DNA of 64,000 bases from a virus. This document shows, in pieces, positions 62,180-64,000 of this stretch. The translations under genes were made by a program, and so were the position numbers. The stretch is from the IMG/VR virus record IMGVR_UViG_3300035492_000411, positions 6-64,005 of that record. The stretch is one strand, 5' to 3'. The first letter of the stretch is position 1. The number at the start of each line of letters is the position of its first letter. The notes beneath the pieces are model-generated. The model was not told the DNA's origin, did no database searches, and saw nothing but the letters and a program-made list of their open reading frames with translations.

Positions 62180-62569
62180 GTGTCTGAAATTCAATCGAAA
62201 GTCCTTCGCTGGATCGCAACCGGGCGCGTTGGCGCCTCTTCCAAGGCAATGGCCATGACCGCATGCGGCCTGCCAAGTGACCGCTCTTACCCGAGCGATC
62301 CGGACGACCTGAACCGCTGCCTGCTGCTATTGGAGGCAGTGCCAGAGGTGCGCGAGCACTTCGACAAGATTGCGGCGCTCGGCGTGGTTTGGGGGCGCCT
62401 TATCGGTCGGTGGGCGGAGATCGAAGCCTGCTTTCTCGATGAAGCTGGCCTGAACTGGAGCAAGGCCAAGTCGGCGCCGAAAACCTACGCCCTGATGAAA
62501 GAGGTCTTGGGCGAAGAGCCTGGCGTTGTCAGCCTTGGCAGCGGCGTCAAGATCAGGTTCGGAGCTTAG
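62180..62569 (+). CDS. Hypothetical conserved phage protein
   Basis: GGGAGG SD; WIATGRVGASSKAMA..P.DPDDLNRCLLLLEAVPE. Confidence 0.75.
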   Translation: MSEIQSKVLRWIATGRVGASSKAMAMTACGLPSDRSYPSDPDDLNRCLLLLEAVPEVREHFDKIAALGVVWGRLIGRWAEIEACFLDEAGLNWSKAKSAPKTYALMKEVLGEEPGVVSLGSGVKIRFGA

Positions 62570-62571
62570 CC

Positions 62572-62952
62572 ATGAGCGTCTGGCGCCACATTACCCACCC
62601 CGACGGGATGACCGTCAGCCTGCTGGTCACGGCCACCGGCCTGAGCGCGGAGCAGGTGCGCGCCGAGCTGCGCGCCCTGGAGCAGGACGGCAAGGCATGG
62701 CGTGAGCGAGCGCCAATCGGAAAGGAGCATCTGTGGTGGCGCGCAACGCACCGCCCGCTGTGCGATCTGACTGTGATCACGGCAATGGGCCTGGCAGCCA
62801 GGCTCCACCCTACCCCGAGCGCACTGCGCGCTGTGCTGCAAAGGCTCAGCACGCGCGCCGCCAATCCCGCCATCCGGCAAATCCTGGCCCTGTCGGCAAC
62901 GGCAAAGCATCCGCACCGCATCGTGGCAGACGCCGTTACCCGCTGCGCCTAG
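62572..62952 (+). CDS. Hypothetical protein with wHTH-like N-terminus
   Basis: TVSLLVTATGLSAEQVRAELRALEQDG. Confidence 0.65.
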   Translation: MSVWRHITHPDGMTVSLLVTATGLSAEQVRAELRALEQDGKAWRERAPIGKEHLWWRATHRPLCDLTVITAMGLAARLHPTPSALRAVLQRLSTRAANPAIRQILALSATAKHPHRIVADAVTRCA

Positions 62953-63020
62953 CCCTGCAACCCCTCGCAATCCTGAACCCTTTATCTTGCCTGGCGCTGC
63001 CGGGCCAGTGAGGTATACCT

Positions 63021-63254
63021 ATGGCAAAAGTAGTCACTCAGATCACGGCGAAGGTTCCGCGACTGATGGAAGCCGGCGAATACCGAGCGCTGCGCTTTGC
63101 AGGCGGCAAGCCCAGCCTGCAGCAACTGAAAAAATGGATCGACGAAGGCGTGATCGTCGGCGAGGTGAAAGGCGAAATGTACTTCGTAGACCTCAATGCC
63201 GAGCTGACTGGCTCGACCGATCCCCTCCTGCACAAGATGATGGCGGTAAGCTGA
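63021..63254 (+). CDS. xis: Excisionase-like protein
   Basis: 77 aa, PSLQQLKKWIDEGVIVG..MYFVD, directly upstream of int. Confidence 0.7.
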   Translation: MAKVVTQITAKVPRLMEAGEYRALRFAGGKPSLQQLKKWIDEGVIVGEVKGEMYFVDLNAELTGSTDPLLHKMMAVS

Positions 63255-63255
63255 C

Positions 63256-64000
63256 ATGAACCCACCGCGCCCGCGCACCGGCAAGAACCGCAACCTTCCC
63301 GAAAACCTTTACCCCAATGGGAAGTATTGGCAGTACCGCAACCCGATCACCGGCAAGAAGACCAGCATCAACAAGCCGATGACCGAGGCGATCAAGCTGG
63401 CGAAGCTGGCCAATGCCAAGCTGGCCCCGCTGATGACCGACGACGGCGCGCTGCTGCAACTGCTGACCGGCGAGCAGGCGCCGACCATCAAGAACCTGCT
63501 GGAGCGATTCGAGACGGAATGGCTGCCGGAGCGCAAGCTGGCCGACTCCACGCTCAAGGAAACCCGGATCAAGCTGGAGCGCTACCGGGCCGACCTGGGC
63601 GCCCGCATGGTCGGACAGCTCGACGTGCTGGCGATGGCCGAGTATCTGGATCAGTTCCAGAACAACGCCTACACCAAGCATCGAGGCCTCTGGATTCAGA
63701 TTTACGCATTCGCCGTAGCCAAGGGATTGGCCGAGCGCAACTGCGCCGAGCTGACCCTGCAGAAGAAGGAATCCGACAAGGTGCGCCAGCGCCACACGGT
63801 CGAAGGCGTGCAAAAGATTCTCGACGCCGAAACGACGCCGGCCTGGCTCAAGCGTGCCATTCGCCTGGCGCTGCTGAGTCTGCAGCGCCGCGAGGATCTA
63901 GTCACCTGGGAGCGCGCAGCCGTGGACATGAGCCGCAACGTGATCCGCGTCAGCCCCGGCAAGACCGAGAACTACGGCACGCCCATTCATCTGGAAATTG
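63256..64000 (+). CDS. int: Tyrosine integrase (lambda Int family), 3' end beyond window; absent from the ORF track
   Basis: MNPPRPR..NRNLPENLY..YWQYRNPITGK arm-binding domain; LALLSLQRREDL catalytic Arg; PGKT Lys. Confidence 0.93.
   Translation, partial: MNPPRPRTGKNRNLPENLYPNGKYWQYRNPITGKKTSINKPMTEAIKLAKLANAKLAPLMTDDGALLQLLTGEQAPTIKNLLERFETEWLPERKLADSTLKETRIKLERYRADLGARMVGQLDVLAMAEYLDQFQNNAYTKHRGLWIQIYAFAVAKGLAERNCAELTLQKKESDKVRQRHTVEGVQKILDAETTPAWLKRAIRLALLSLQRREDLVTWERAAVDMSRNVIRVSPGKTENYGTPIHLEI

Larger units (their letters stand above)
860..64000. mobile_element. Temperate prophage (podovirus-type, lambdoid immunity region), nearly complete; right end lies beyond the window
   Basis: tRNA-fragment att, int/xis, cI/cro/cII, replication, terminase, portal, capsid, ejection and lysis genes in coherent order. 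Confidence 0.97.

Noticed and set aside
1-64000. CRISPR array, rRNA, IS element, tape measure or tail sheath
   Set aside because: No regularly spaced repeat-spacer array, rRNA, transposase or long-tail gene was recognised

Overview
The window holds the 5' part of host thrS (1-568, minus strand; Pseudomonas/Stutzerimonas-like) followed by an almost complete ~63 kb temperate prophage. The prophage is integrated at a tRNA-Val(GAC): only the duplicated 3' half of the tRNA (860-910) is at the left end, and the integrase runs off the right edge. The minus strand carries, read right to left: cro-cII-O/P replication, ninB/ninG, a wHTH gene in the Q slot, terminase, P22-type portal, an accessory block (frameshifted PLA2-like gene, SGNH esterase), scaffold, N4-gp56/DUF4043-type capsid, cement, an RyR-domain fusion, adaptor, tail genes, ejection proteins including a 4722-aa polyvalent protein, and holin-endolysin-Rz/Rz1. 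The plus strand carries cI, the PL early operon (Bet/Exo, C5 methylase, Rmf-like gene, a mosaic cassette array), xis and int. No tape measure or sheath gene is seen, so a podovirus is inferred (F116/Bcep22-like organisation). The strongest original observation is four late promoters with the same architecture (palindrome CCCTRTAGGG, exactly 22 nt, then NANACT/NAACAT), pointing to a class II activator system probably run by the wHTH gene. Family assignments come from motif recognition by eye; no database search was run.
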